From Chloroflexota bacterium (GTDB taxonomy: Bacteria > Chloroflexota > UBA11872 > VXOZ01), in NCBI GenBank assembly GCA_963663275.1, contig OY760183.1, positions 3,456,001 to 3,520,000 on the forward strand: DNA of 64,000 nt, given 5' to 3'. Of the stretch, positions 42,200 through 52,212 are shown in pieces. A program made the position numbers and the translations under genes. Position 1 is the stretch's first letter. Each line of letters begins with the position of its first letter. Under the pieces are notes generated by a model, which was not told where the DNA came from, did no database searches, and worked only from the letters and a program-made list of their open reading frames with translations.

Positions 42200-43425
42200 T
42201 CAGAACACGAGGTCGAGGAAGTGGATGGGGTTGGTTCTGCGGACGATCTCGGCTGTGGTGAGCGACTGCCCGGCGTTCACCCAGAACTCGACGACCCGCT
42301 CCGACGTAGCGCGAGACGTCGAGCGCTACCGGCAGCTCGTACCCGCCGGCGGTCACGACCTCCCTGGTGAACCAGAGGGTGTCCCGTCCTTCCCTGCTCA
42401 CCTTCGCGTACAGCCGCGTGCCGACCGGGGCAGGCTCGCCGTCGACGGTGATGTCGCCCAGGAACACGATGGGGATGGGACGGCGGCGCGCCGGGCGGGC
42501 CGGAGGCGTCGGGCACGGGCGGCGCGATCTGCGTGTGTCCGGTGCGCAATAGCGGGATGAGGACGCCCTTGAACGCGTCGGTGGACGCCGCGTAGACCTC
42601 CCCGCCCTGGCCGACGCCCCTCCGGCTGAGCCAGGCAGCGGGCATCCGCAGGCCCTGGAGTTCGCCCTTGTCGTTGATGAGCGCAGCGCCGTCGAACGCG
42701 GAGCTCTCCCCGATGTGCAGCTGGATGTAGCCGTAACCGATCGGGGAGAAGATGAACCCCCGCGCAGTCACCGGGCGCGGGCTGAGCGTCTCCTCGTCCG
42801 GGTCGTACTGCATCAGCGCCATCTGCTCACCGATGCCGGGAGCCCTGGTGGAGAGCGGGAGGAAGTCGTAGACGCGAGGCTCGCCGGTGGGAGTGAGCAG
42901 CGCGAGCCCCTGCTCGTCGCTCCTGCCTGTCACCCACGCGACGCCCTCCGTGCCGTCGGCCAGGGTGAACGTCACCTGCGGGGCGTTCCCCAGCGGGCCG
43001 GACACGGTGAGTATCTCGCCGTTCTCGCTGACGACCGCGCCGGTCCAGACGTTCTCGCCGAGCGTGAGCTTGACCACCGCGCTCGCCGCCTGGGCCGCGG
43101 CCTCTTGCGGCGTGAGCACGGGCTCAGGCGTGGGAGTGGCGGTCGGCTCCGGCGCCGGGGTAGGCGTTGGCGTGGCCGTCGGCGCCGGGGTGGGGGTGGA
43201 CGTTGGGGTAGGCGTTGGTGTGGCCGTCGGCACCGGGGTGGGGGTGGACGTTGGGGTAGGCGTGGGGGAGGGCGTCGGCGTTGCCGTGGGCGGGGCCTGG
43301 GTTGGCGTGGGGGTGGGCGCCGGCGCGGGCTCTTCTTCCTGCGAAGCGTCGAATGCGAAAACGAGCGCCAGCACGAAGACGGCTGCAAGGACGATCAGGA
43401 TTGGTATGCGCAGGGATTTCCGCAT
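42200..43425 (-). CDS. PT-rich exported protein with inactive trypsin-like domain; two apparent frameshifts (about 42480 and 42297)
   Basis: Paralog of 43487-44704; reconstructed end VEFWVNAGQ...HFLDLVF* parallels IEFWINGK...ELDLAF*. Confidence 0.75.
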
Positions 43426-43486
43426 GGCTTATAGGTTCATCGCAGGGACGGCGGACGTGCTCCGCCCCCACTTCATGCAGGTTCAG

Positions 43487-44704
43487 TTAGAACGCGAGAT
43501 CCAGTTCCTCTTGTTGGAATGCATGTCCCTGCCCTGTGTAGGTTGCTCCCCTGTCAGCCCTCTTACCGTTGATCCAGAACTCTATGCTGCCCCCGTTGTA
43601 GTTACTGGTTGGGGCAGAGATGTTGAGAATGACGAACCCCGTCTCTGTAGTCGTTTCCGAGTCCCAGTAATCGGGTTGACCGGACTTCTGGAGTTTGGCG
43701 TACACCCGGGTTCCCACCGGCGCAGCCGCTCCGTCTATGGTTACGTTGCACACGAAGATGGCGGGTATGGACGGCGGGCTTGTACCCGGCCCATCCTGTG
43801 TTGGCGCAGGAGGGGCTATTTGTATGACGCCGGTCCGCAGGGTGGGGATGGCGGTCGTTCCGATCTGTGCCGCATCGACGGCGCAGACCTCGCCCGGGGC
43901 GCATGCCTGGCGCTGCAGCAGCCAGAGTTCAGGCATGCGGATGCCCTGGATCTTCCCCTCGGGGTTGATCAGCATCGCTCCATCCGCTGTGGACCCGGTT
44001 GCCTGGAACTTGATGTAGCTGTATCCCAGAGGTGAGGCGTTATAACCGTTCACGCGGGTGACCCGCTGGTCCAACGTTGGCGAGAAGCTGGAGTGCTGGA
44101 GCAGCCCGAGCTGGTCTCCTATCGTGGGAGGGGTCGCCGAGAGCGCGATGGTGTCGTACGGGGGCGAGGGGTTGATGGGGCTGAGCAGGGCCAGCCCTGA
44201 ACCAGTATCGTCCCTGCCGATCACCCATGCCTGCCCCTGGTTGCCGTTCTCCAGGATGAAGTCGGCGACGGGTGCGCTTCCCAGCGCGGCGGAGGTCGTC
44301 AATATCTCGCCGCTCTCGTTGATGACGGCGCCCGTCCAGACGGTCTCGTTCGCCAGCAGCCTGACCATCGCCTTGCTGGAGAAGTCGACGACTTCTTCCT
44401 GCGTGGGCGTGGGCGTTGCGGTCGGCGTTGCGGTGGGCGTGGGCGTGTGGGTGGCCGTGGGCGTCGGCGTCGGGGTGAGGGTTGCCGTGGGCGTAGGCGT
44501 TACGGTGGGGGTGGCCGTTGCGGTAGGCGTTGGGGTGGGCGTCGCCGTTGGGGTGGGCGTCGCCGTGGGCAGCGCGGTCGGCGTCGCGGCGACGGGCACG
44601 ACCGCAGGCTGCGGGTCCGCGCAGGCGACGGTCATCGTCATCGCAAGCGCGACGGCGAGGATGGCAGACAGAGGGGCAGCCGCAGATATCCGCATAGGCC
44701 TCAT
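43487..44704 (-). CDS. PT-rich lipoprotein with inactive trypsin-like domain
   Basis: Lipobox TVAC; WTGAVINESGEILTT; GAMLINPEGKIQGI; catalytic His and Ser absent. Confidence 0.8.
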   Translation of the reverse strand: MRPMRISAAAPLSAILAVALAMTMTVACADPQPAVVPVAATPTALPTATPTPTATPTPTPTATATPTVTPTPTATLTPTPTPTATHTPTPTATPTATPTPTQEEVVDFSSKAMVRLLANETVWTGAVINESGEILTTSAALGSAPVADFILENGNQGQAWVIGRDDTGSGLALLSPINPSPPYDTIALSATPPTIGDQLGLLQHSSFSPTLDQRVTRVNGYNASPLGYSYIKFQATGSTADGAMLINPEGKIQGIRMPELWLLQRQACAPGEVCAVDAAQIGTTAIPTLRTGVIQIAPPAPTQDGPGTSPPSIPAIFVCNVTIDGAAAPVGTRVYAKLQKSGQPDYWDSETTTETGFVILNISAPTSNYNGGSIEFWINGKRADRGATYTGQGHAFQQEELDLAF

Positions 44705-44827
44705 TCGGGGTAGCAAGTTATGTCGTCCACGGCGGGGACAATGGAGCGATTCTATGCTGCCGGGAGGGGCGTCTCCAATGAGTTTGGGATGCCTGTTTGA
44801 CCCTGTGCTATGCTGAAACGCCCTGCC

Positions 44828-45901
44828 ATGTTCGAACGGCTCGATAATCTGCTGAAGCGTCGTGAGGAGATAGACACGCTCCTCGCTTCGCCGGAAGTCG
44901 TTGCCGATCCGGCGCAGCTCACGAGGCTGGGCAGGGAGCGTGCCGCCCTGCTGCCGGTGGTGACCGCGTGGGAGCGGCTCCAGACCGCCCGGAACGAACT
45001 CGATGAAGCGAAAGAGCTCGCTTCGGATGCCGACCCGGAAGTCGCGGCGCTGGCCGTGGAGGAGGCCGAGAGCCTCGATGCCGAGGTGGAGCGGCTGAAC
45101 GGGGAGCTGCGCGAGGCCCTGCTCCCGAAAGACCCGAACGACAGCAAGAACGTGATCATGGAGATCCGCGGCGGGGCCGGGGGAGACGAGGCTGCGCTGT
45201 TCGCGGGCGATCTGTTCCGCATGTACCAGCGGTACGCGCAACGGCACGGGTTGCGCGTGGACATCGTCAACACGAGCGAGACCGAACAGGGCGGGTTGAA
45301 AGAGGTGGTCTGCGAGATCGAGGGAGCGGACGCCTACCGTCTCCTGAAGCATGAGAGCGGTGTGCATCGCGTGCAGCGCGTTCCCGTGACCGAGGCGCAG
45401 GGGCGCATACACACCTCGACCGCCACCGTCGCCGTGTTGCCCGAGGCGGACGAAGTGGACGTGGACATCAGACCCGAGGACCTGCGGGTGGACATCTTCC
45501 ACTCCGGCGGCCCCGGCGGGCAGAACGTGAACAAGGTCGCCACCGCCGTGCGCGTCGTGCACAACCCCACGGGCATCATGGTCGTCTCGCAGGACGAACG
45601 GTCGCAGCTGCGGAACAAGACGAAGGCGATGGCCGTGCTCCGCTCACGCCTCTACGAGCAGCAGCTGCGCGAGCAGCAGGCCGCTACGTCGGCGGCGCGG
45701 CGCTCCCAGGTGGGCGCGGGCGACCGCTCGGAGAAGGTGCGCACCTACAACTTCCCGCAGGACCGCCTCACGGACCATCGCATCGGCATGTCGGTCCACG
45801 GTCTGCAGGAGATCATGGCCGGTCAGATCGACGCGGTGGTCGATGCGTTGCTGCGGGACGAGCAGGCCCGGTTGCTGGAGGAGGCGGAGGCAGCCGTCTG
45901 A
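44828..45901 (+). CDS. prfA: Peptide chain release factor 1
   Basis: PVT motif, GGQ motif, RTYNFPQDRLTDHR. Confidence 0.97.
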   Translation: MFERLDNLLKRREEIDTLLASPEVVADPAQLTRLGRERAALLPVVTAWERLQTARNELDEAKELASDADPEVAALAVEEAESLDAEVERLNGELREALLPKDPNDSKNVIMEIRGGAGGDEAALFAGDLFRMYQRYAQRHGLRVDIVNTSETEQGGLKEVVCEIEGADAYRLLKHESGVHRVQRVPVTEAQGRIHTSTATVAVLPEADEVDVDIRPEDLRVDIFHSGGPGGQNVNKVATAVRVVHNPTGIMVVSQDERSQLRNKTKAMAVLRSRLYEQQLREQQAATSAARRSQVGAGDRSEKVRTYNFPQDRLTDHRIGMSVHGLQEIMAGQIDAVVDALLRDEQARLLEEAEAAV

Positions 45902-45906
45902 CGAGG

Positions 45907-46010
45907 TGTCATTCCGAGCGGAGCGCAGCGAAGTCGAGGAATCTCTCGGGCAACGGTCTGCCGCTCACGGACGCTCCGTGAGGGATGCTTCGGCTCCGCT
46001 CAGCATGACG
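45907..46010. repeat. REP-E inverted pair (GTCATYCYGAGCGGAG...); partial third copy 46486-46512
   Basis: GTCATTCCGAGCGGAGCGCAGCGAAGTCGAGGAATCTC and inverted GATGCTTCGGCTCCGCTCAGCATGAC. Confidence 0.7.
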
Positions 46011-46429
46011 AGTTCGCTTGCGTCGGAAGCCGAAGCAGCGGGGAGCGTCTCGTCCCACTCCATGCCTCCGCGCTTCCACTCGTAGGCCCAGCCCGCGACC
46101 ATCACGGCGGTGAAGAACAGGATGGCCCCGAACGCGGACCAGCCCATGACGCCTGCCTGGGACGCCCACGGGAAGAGGAAGACGACCTCCACGTCGAACA
46201 GGAGGAAGAGGAGCGCGAAGCGGTAGTAGCGCACGTTGAAGCGCTCCCAGCGCCCGCGCTCCGGCTCCATGCCGCACTCGTACGGGGTGTACTTGATGGG
46301 GTTGGGCCGGAACGGCCGGGCCTTGATCCGGGTGGCAACCTGGGAGAGCACGAGCACGCTTGCGGGTATGACGACCGCAACAGCGGAGAGCATCAGGACG
46401 AGCCCGTACTGCCGGAGATAGTCTTCCAT
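45965..46429 (-). CDS. nuoA: NADH-quinone oxidoreductase subunit A, stand-alone
   Basis: KYTPYECGMEP, FLLFDVEVVFLFPWA, YEWKRGGMEW. Confidence 0.92.
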   Translation of the reverse strand: MEDYLRQYGLVLMLSAVAVVIPASVLVLSQVATRIKARPFRPNPIKYTPYECGMEPERGRWERFNVRYYRFALLFLLFDVEVVFLFPWASQAGVMGWSAFGAILFFTAVMVAGWAYEWKRGGMEWDETLPAASASDASELVMLSGAEASLTERP

Positions 46430-46517
46430 GGCCTCATGCTATGGACGCCGGGACGCGGGCGTCAAGCCGGGGAGTCGAGGGCTTTGTCATGTTGAGCGGA
46501 GCTCGGAATGACAATCC

Positions 46518-46610
46518 TTGCATCACGAGCGACTCAGGTGCTAGCATGCGCTATTGTGTCCGCTTGTTCCGCAGGGAACTCCGCAAGCGGTACTTTCCGG
46601 AAAGGGGGGC
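46518..46610 (+). promoter_or_regulatory. speD promoter and structured 5' leader
   Basis: TTGCAT-N18-TAGCAT; hairpin CCGCTTG...CAAGCGG; CTTTCCGGAAAG dyad overlapping SD. Confidence 0.4.
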
Positions 46611-46617
46611 TGCTTGA

Positions 46618-46993
46618 TTGGAAGCGCTGGGTCGCCACGTTCTGCTGGAGCTCCGCTCCTGTAATCCCGCATCGCTCGATGACCTTCCCCCTGCTGGAAG
46701 GCATGATGCTGCGCGCCGCCGAGGAAACCGGCGCGACCGTTATAGACAAGATCTTCCACCAGTTCAGTCCCCAGGGCGTCACCGGCGTCATCGCGATCGC
46801 CGAATCCCATCTGTGCATCCATACCTGGCCCGAGTTCTCGTACGCCGCGGTAGACATCTTCACCTGCGGCGAGAACTTCGATCCCACCGAGGCGGCCAGG
46901 CTCATCATCGCAGGCCTCGAATCGGCTGACTCGGAGATAAGGGAGATCGAACGCGGTGTCGATATCCTCTCCTCCGTCGCCGCCCCCGCCTGA
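46618..46993 (+). CDS. speD: S-adenosylmethionine decarboxylase proenzyme; +1 frameshift at C5 run 46687-46691
   Basis: MEALGRHVLLEL...LDDLP in one frame; HQFSPQGVT, AESHLCIHTWPE, DIFTCG in the +1 frame. Confidence 0.93.
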
Positions 46994-47028
46994 CATGAAC
47001 GGACTCTCCCCCCCGGACGCTCTGGTAC

Positions 47029-47925
47029 ATGGAGTACCTGACGCCTGACCTCGTGCAGGCATCCAGCGTCCGGCAGGTCATCTACGAAGGCGACACTCCC
47101 TATCAGCACGTGCAGGTGCTCGAGACCGGCCCCTTCGGCAGGATGCTGGTGCTGGACGGCAAGACGCAGTCCTCCGAGTCCGACGAATGGGTCTACCATG
47201 AGGCGCTCGTCCAGCCGGTGATGCTTGCGCACGCGGACCCCCGGCGCGTCATGGTCGCCGGCGGCGGCGAGGGCGCGACCATCCGGGAGGTGCTGCGGCA
47301 CGGCTCGGTCGAGGAGGTCGTCATGGTCGATCTCGACAAGGCCGTGGTCGACCTCTGCAAGGAGCATCTCCCTGAGCACCATCGCGGGGCGTTCGACGAC
47401 CCGCGCGTAACCCTGCTGCACGAGGACGCGCTGGCGTACCTCGAACAGCGGGAGACGCCGTTCGACGTCATCGTCATCGACGTGCCGGACCCGCTGGAGG
47501 GCGGGCCTGCGTACCTGCTCTTCACGGTGGAGTTCTACGAACTCGTGCGGGCGCGGCTCGCGCCGGACGGGCTGATGGTCGCGCAGTCCGGCCCCACAGG
47601 GCCCACGAACGTGCGCGAGGTCTTCACGGCGATCGCTCAGACGATGGGGCGGGTGTTCGACCACGCGTCCGGCTATCACGCGCACATCCCCAGTTTCGGG
47701 ATGACGTGGGGGTTCATCGCCTGCGGCGGCGCGGACGCCCCCGACCCCGGCGCGATGAGCGATGCGGAGGTGGACGCGCGCGTGCGCGAGCGCGTCGCAT
47801 CGCCGCTGCGCTTCTACGACGGCGCGGCGCACCGGGGGATGTTCGGCCTGCCGAAGTACGTGCGCGAGGCGGTCGCCGCGGAGACGCGCGTCATCACGCG
47901 CGACAACCCCATCTACGCGGTCTAG
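47029..47925 (+). CDS. speE: Polyamine aminopropyltransferase; true start possibly ATG 46995 across a C7 run
   Basis: LVLDGKTQS, YHEALV, GGGEGATIRE, FDVIVIDVPDP. Confidence 0.94.
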   Translation: MEYLTPDLVQASSVRQVIYEGDTPYQHVQVLETGPFGRMLVLDGKTQSSESDEWVYHEALVQPVMLAHADPRRVMVAGGGEGATIREVLRHGSVEEVVMVDLDKAVVDLCKEHLPEHHRGAFDDPRVTLLHEDALAYLEQRETPFDVIVIDVPDPLEGGPAYLLFTVEFYELVRARLAPDGLMVAQSGPTGPTNVREVFTAIAQTMGRVFDHASGYHAHIPSFGMTWGFIACGGADAPDPGAMSDAEVDARVRERVASPLRFYDGAAHRGMFGLPKYVREAVAAETRVITRDNPIYAV

Positions 47926-48070
47926 GCGCACCCGCCGGAGGTCGCCACAGACGCGGAGAAGGGGCGCAGCGCGCCCCTTCTCTACTCGCGGCCAGTTGCT
48001 CTCGCTTCAGGCGGGAGAGCCCGGGGAGGATCGGGCTCCCCCGCCACGGCTAGGAGCCGCCCTTCTTGCT

Positions 48071-48535
48071 TCAGGAAGCGACCGAGTCCGATGACGTTTC
48101 ACCGGAGTCTCCGCCTCTGTCCTTCCAGCCGTACCCCCAGGACCCGCCGCGCTTGCCGCCGTGGTGGCCCCGTCCGAAGCCGAACTTCTTGCCCCGTCCG
48201 TCCCCGGGGCCCAGCTCGGGCGTGCCCAGGTAGCGATCGAGGTACGCGTCCGCCTGCTCCTGCGTGATCTTGCCTTCCTCGACCATCGCCGCGAGCTTGT
48301 CGCGCAGCTGCTGCTCCCAGGCTGCCTTCCGCTCTGCCTGCAGTTCCTCTCTGGTCTCGTCCACCGCGGTCTGGAGCTCCTCCTGCCCGATGCCGAGCTT
48401 GCCCGCGAGTATCTCCACGAAGCGCGACACGGTGGAATCGTCGTCCGACTCGCTCTGGGCGAACGCTGTTCCTGCGATGGCTCCGGTCAGGAGCAGGGCT
48501 GTGAGGGCCGAAATGACTATCCACTTTCTGCGCAT
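48071..48535 (-). CDS. Exported hypothetical protein
   Basis: Signal peptide ending AFA; VEEGKITQEQAD; GGAGG RBS. Confidence 0.8.
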   Translation of the reverse strand: MRRKWIVISALTALLLTGAIAGTAFAQSESDDDSTVSRFVEILAGKLGIGQEELQTAVDETREELQAERKAAWEQQLRDKLAAMVEEGKITQEQADAYLDRYLGTPELGPGDGRGKKFGFGRGHHGGKRGGSWGYGWKDRGGDSGETSSDSVAS

Positions 48536-48698
48536 GGAATGCTGCCTCCTCGATTTGCGATTGCTGTTGTTCCGTAACGCGCGCTACCAGACACTACGCG
48601 CCGGGCCTCCGTGCGGATTCATCGTACCGGGCGGGTTCCCCGAAGCGCGCAGCGCTACCTCGTTGAAGGCGCAGTGCGGCGGGTGCATAGTTGACGGG

Positions 48699-49208
48699 AT
48701 GAACCCGATAGACCTGCTCATCCTCGTGCTGGTGGTCGGCGGCGGTTTCCTCGGCTGGGTGAACGGCGTCGTGAAATGGCTGTTCACCTTCCTGGGGCTC
48801 ATCGTCGGCGTCTTCGTCGCCAGCAGGCTCTACGGGACGCTCGACTGGGCCATCCCGCTGGTCGACAGCGACGGCCTGCGGCAGTTCATCGTGTTCATCC
48901 TCATCGTCGCCGCCGCGTCGATAGGGGGGTGGATGCTGGGACGAGCGGTCAAGAAGGCGTTGAGCATCCTGCTGATGGGGTGGGTCGACAGAGGCGCGGG
49001 AATGGCTCTGGGCCTGCTCGTGGGCCTGCTTGCCGGGTCTGCCGTCGCCCTGGCCGCGAGCACCGTGCCGTCCGATGGGGTGCGGCAGGCGGTCGAGGAG
49101 TCGCTTCTGGCGGCCACGCTCCTGGATGCGACCTCGTTCCTGCGCGGGCTCATGCCGTCCGAGTTCGACGTGAAGATTTCGTTGTTCGGCGGCGCCGGCC
49201 GCGCATAG
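48699..49208 (+). CDS. CvpA (colicin V production) family membrane protein
   Basis: MNPIDL...GWVNG, WVDRGAGMALG. Confidence 0.85.
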   Translation: MNPIDLLILVLVVGGGFLGWVNGVVKWLFTFLGLIVGVFVASRLYGTLDWAIPLVDSDGLRQFIVFILIVAAASIGGWMLGRAVKKALSILLMGWVDRGAGMALGLLVGLLAGSAVALAASTVPSDGVRQAVEESLLAATLLDATSFLRGLMPSEFDVKISLFGGAGRA

Positions 49209-49305
49209 CCCTGTGGCCGGTTAACGGACAGAGGTTGCCGTATGCTCCGCCGCGCTCTTATGATTTGAGCGTGCGGGCCTCTGAACGGACGGTGGGCCCG
49301 CTGGG

Positions 49306-49848
49306 GTGGACGCTCTGAGCGAGGCTGTTCTCATCCTGAACCAGAACTACGAGCCGTTGAACGTCTGCGGCGTGAGGCGGGCGCTGCTCCTTGTCCTGGG
49401 GCAGAAGGCGCAGCCCCTCGAGTTGGGTACCGGCGCGTACCACTCCGTGTCGCAGAACTTCCCCATCCCCTCGGTCATACGCCTGCTGTACATGGTGAAG
49501 CGGCCGCTCTTCACGCGCCGCCTCTCCCGCCGCGAGGTGTTCTGGCGGGACCAGTTCTCGTGCCAGTACTGCGGCAGGCAGACGCGGGAGCTGACGCTCG
49601 ACCACGTCGTGCCCCGCGTGCTGAACGGCCCGCACACGTGGGAGAACGTCGTGGCGGCCTGCGTGCCGTGCAACCATCGCAAGGCGGGGCGCACGCCCGC
49701 GCAGGCGAACATGCGCCTGCTGCGCGAGCCGTCGCCGCCGAGGGCGAACCCGTACTACCACCTGATGCACCGCAGCCTGCCCGACGAGTGGAGCATGTAC
49801 CTCCCGTGGATGGCGCAGCCGCGCCGACCCTTATCCCCTCTCCCTTGA
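49306..49848 (+). CDS. HNH endonuclease (McrA-like)
   Basis: LILNQNYEPL, RDQFSCQYCG, TLDHVVPR, WENVVAACVPCNHRK. Confidence 0.92.
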   Translation: MDALSEAVLILNQNYEPLNVCGVRRALLLVLGQKAQPLELGTGAYHSVSQNFPIPSVIRLLYMVKRPLFTRRLSRREVFWRDQFSCQYCGRQTRELTLDHVVPRVLNGPHTWENVVAACVPCNHRKAGRTPAQANMRLLREPSPPRANPYYHLMHRSLPDEWSMYLPWMAQPRRPLSPLP

Positions 49849-50892
49849 GGGGAGAGGGTCAGGGTGAGGGTGAACCAGCGAGGGGAGAGGGTCAGGGTGA
49901 GGGTGAACCAGCAGCGGCGCTTCCAGCATGAACACGTCCAGCGCGAGGCGGACGTTGGCGTTGCGCTCCAGCGCCTCGATGGTGCGGGTGACGTTCTGCG
50001 CCCACCGGACGACGCCGGCCGGTTGCAGGGCGCCCGCGTGCCGTTCCAGCACCTCCCGCCAGGAGAGGTTGGTGATGCTTGCGCCGTGCCCCTGCTGGAT
50101 GAGCATGACGTCCCGCAGCCAGCGCAGCCAGAGGAAGAGCTCCTCCCGGCCCGCGCCGCGGTCGCGGTCGATGCGCCGTGCGAGTTCGCCCGCGTAGGTG
50201 AACCGCTCCTCCAGCCCGCCATCGATGGCGTCCACGATCTGCTCCATCCGCTGGTGCACCGACGCGTAGAGCGTATCGTCTCCGGTTGCGGCGATGGCCC
50301 AGCCGATGCAGCCGCGCGAGAGGCGGGCGAGCACCTGCGCCTGCTCTGCGCTCACGCCGTGCTCCTCCTGCAGGACGCGCGCGACCTCATCCACCGGCAG
50401 GGGGCGGAAGTAGAGGGTCTGGCAGCGGGAGCGGACCGTCGGCAACTGGTTGTCCGCGCTCGTGCCGACGAGGATGAGCACCACGTCGTCCGGCGGCTCC
50501 TCCAGCACCTTGAGCAGGGCGTTGGCGGCGTCGCGGGTGAGGAGGTCGGCCTCGGTGATGACGAACACGCGGGTGCGTCCTTCGTAGGGGCGCAGGTGGG
50601 CGGAGTTGATGAGGTCGCGCACCGCGTCGATGCCGATGGACGCGGCATTCCCGCCGAGGTCGATGAGGCGCACGTCGGCGTGGTTGCCCTCGGCGATGCG
50701 GGTGCAGCTCGGGCAGACGCCGCACGGGGGCGTATCCGCGTCGCAGTTCAGGGCCTGTGCGAACTGGACGGCGAGGGTCGCCTTGCCCAGGTGCGCGGGG
50801 CCGGTGAAGAGGTAGGCGTGGTGGAGGCGGCTCTCCGCCAGTGAGCGTTCCAGGGTCTGAACGGGGAGCTGCTGGCCGTGCAGACGGAGCAT
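49831..50892 (-). CDS. holB: DNA polymerase III subunit delta'
   Basis: HAYLFTGP..GK, PCGVCPSC, ANALLKVLEEPP, TVRSRC. Confidence 0.93.
   Translation of the reverse strand: MLRLHGQQLPVQTLERSLAESRLHHAYLFTGPAHLGKATLAVQFAQALNCDADTPPCGVCPSCTRIAEGNHADVRLIDLGGNAASIGIDAVRDLINSAHLRPYEGRTRVFVITEADLLTRDAANALLKVLEEPPDDVVLILVGTSADNQLPTVRSRCQTLYFRPLPVDEVARVLQEEHGVSAEQAQVLARLSRGCIGWAIAATGDDTLYASVHQRMEQIVDAIDGGLEERFTYAGELARRIDRDRGAGREELFLWLRWLRDVMLIQQGHGASITNLSWREVLERHAGALQPAGVVRWAQNVTRTIEALERNANVRLALDVFMLEAPLLVHPHPDPLPSLVHPHPDPLPSRERG
49835..49912. repeat. REP-D with tandem duplication of its right arm, overlapping both convergent stop codons
   Basis: GAGGGGAGAGGGTCAGGGTGAGGGTGAACCAGC x2. Confidence 0.85.
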
Positions 50893-50895
50893 GGG

Positions 50896-52212
50896 TCAGA
50901 CGACGTCCTGCGCGATGAGGTCCTCGTACGATTCGCGGCGCCGCATCAGGGTCGCCGCGCCCTCCGACGCCATGACGATGGCGGGGCGGCCGTTCATGTT
51001 GTAGACGCTGGCCATGGAGGGGGCGTACGCGCCGGACGCGGGGATGGCGATGATGTCGTTCGCGCGCACGGGAGCGAGGGAGGCGTCGTGGATCAGTACG
51101 TCGCCGGACTCGCAGTACTTCCCGGCGATGGTGACGGTCTCCGTGGCTTCGTCGCCGGCGCGGTTGGCGACGTTGGCGATGTAGCGCGAGCCGTAGAGCG
51201 CGGGGCGGATGTTGTCGCCCATGCCGCCGTCCACGGAGACGTAGGTGCGGACGCCGGGCACCTCCTTGATGGCGCCGACGGTGTAGACGGCGACCCCGGC
51301 AGGGCCGGCGAGCGAGCGTCCGGGCTCGATGGTCAGCTCGGGCCGGGGCAGCCCGTTGGCCGTGCAGCCGTCCGTGAGCGCGCCGACGATGGCCTCGGCG
51401 TAGTCGTCTATCGCGGGGGGCTCGTCGTCCTCTGTGTAGGCGATGGCGAAGCCGCCGCCGGGACTGAAGCGGCGCATGTCGAGGCCGTATTCGCCCATGC
51501 GCGCCGCGAACCGCAGCACCCGCTCGATCGCCTCGGTGTACGGCTCCAGTTCGAAGATGGGCGAGCCGAGGTGGAAGTGGATGCCCTGCATGTCCAGGTT
51601 GGGCGCGGCCATCACCTGCCGGACCGCCTCCTCGGCGTCGCCGGTCTCGATGGGGAAGCCGAACTTGCTGTCGAGCACACCTGTGGTGGTGAGGCGGTGG
51701 GTGTGCGGGTCGATGGAGGGCGAGACCCTGATGAGGACGGGCTGCCTGCGTCCGACCGCGCCAGCCGCTTCGTTCAGCAGGCGCAGTTCGTGGAAGCTGT
51801 CTATCACGAAGGTCCCAACGCCCCAGGCGACTCCCTGTGCGATCTCCTCGGGCGTCTTGTTGTTGCCGTGGAAGTCGACGGCGGCGAGGTTGACGCCCGC
51901 GGCGCGGAGCACGGCGACCTCGCCGCCCGACACCACGTCGAAACCGAGTCCGAGGCCCGCGAGGTAGCGCGCGAGCGGGACGTTGATGAACGCCTTGCAG
52001 GCGTAGACGACGCGGCTCTCGGGGTAGCGCGAGCGGAAGGCGTCCAGGAAGCCCTCCGCCTGGTTGCGGAGCGTCGCCTCGTCGAACACGTAGAGGGGCG
52101 TGCCGAACTCGCGGGCGAGCGCGGTGACGTCGCAGCCGCCGACCTCGAGGTGGCCGTCATCGTTGACGGCGGTGGTGATGGGGAAGACTTTCGATTGCAG
52201 GGGGACGGACAT
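50896..52212 (-). CDS. lysA: Diaminopimelate decarboxylase
   Basis: FGTPLYV, YACKAF, HFHLGS, EPGRS, GKYCESGD. Confidence 0.95.
   Translation of the reverse strand: MSVPLQSKVFPITTAVNDDGHLEVGGCDVTALAREFGTPLYVFDEATLRNQAEGFLDAFRSRYPESRVVYACKAFINVPLARYLAGLGLGFDVVSGGEVAVLRAAGVNLAAVDFHGNNKTPEEIAQGVAWGVGTFVIDSFHELRLLNEAAGAVGRRQPVLIRVSPSIDPHTHRLTTTGVLDSKFGFPIETGDAEEAVRQVMAAPNLDMQGIHFHLGSPIFELEPYTEAIERVLRFAARMGEYGLDMRRFSPGGGFAIAYTEDDEPPAIDDYAEAIVGALTDGCTANGLPRPELTIEPGRSLAGPAGVAVYTVGAIKEVPGVRTYVSVDGGMGDNIRPALYGSRYIANVANRAGDEATETVTIAGKYCESGDVLIHDASLAPVRANDIIAIPASGAYAPSMASVYNMNGRPAIVMASEGAATLMRRRESYEDLIAQDVV

Noticed and set aside
43100-44600. Short tandem DNA repeats (GGCGTGGGCGTT-like)
   Set aside because: Explained by Pro-Thr linker codons
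44828-45901. Programmed frameshift in the release factor gene
   Set aside because: It is RF1 (PVT motif) with an uninterrupted frame
49306-49848. HNH gene as a mobile or defence element
   Set aside because: Host-like GC and a widespread housekeeping-context HNH family; no mobility signs
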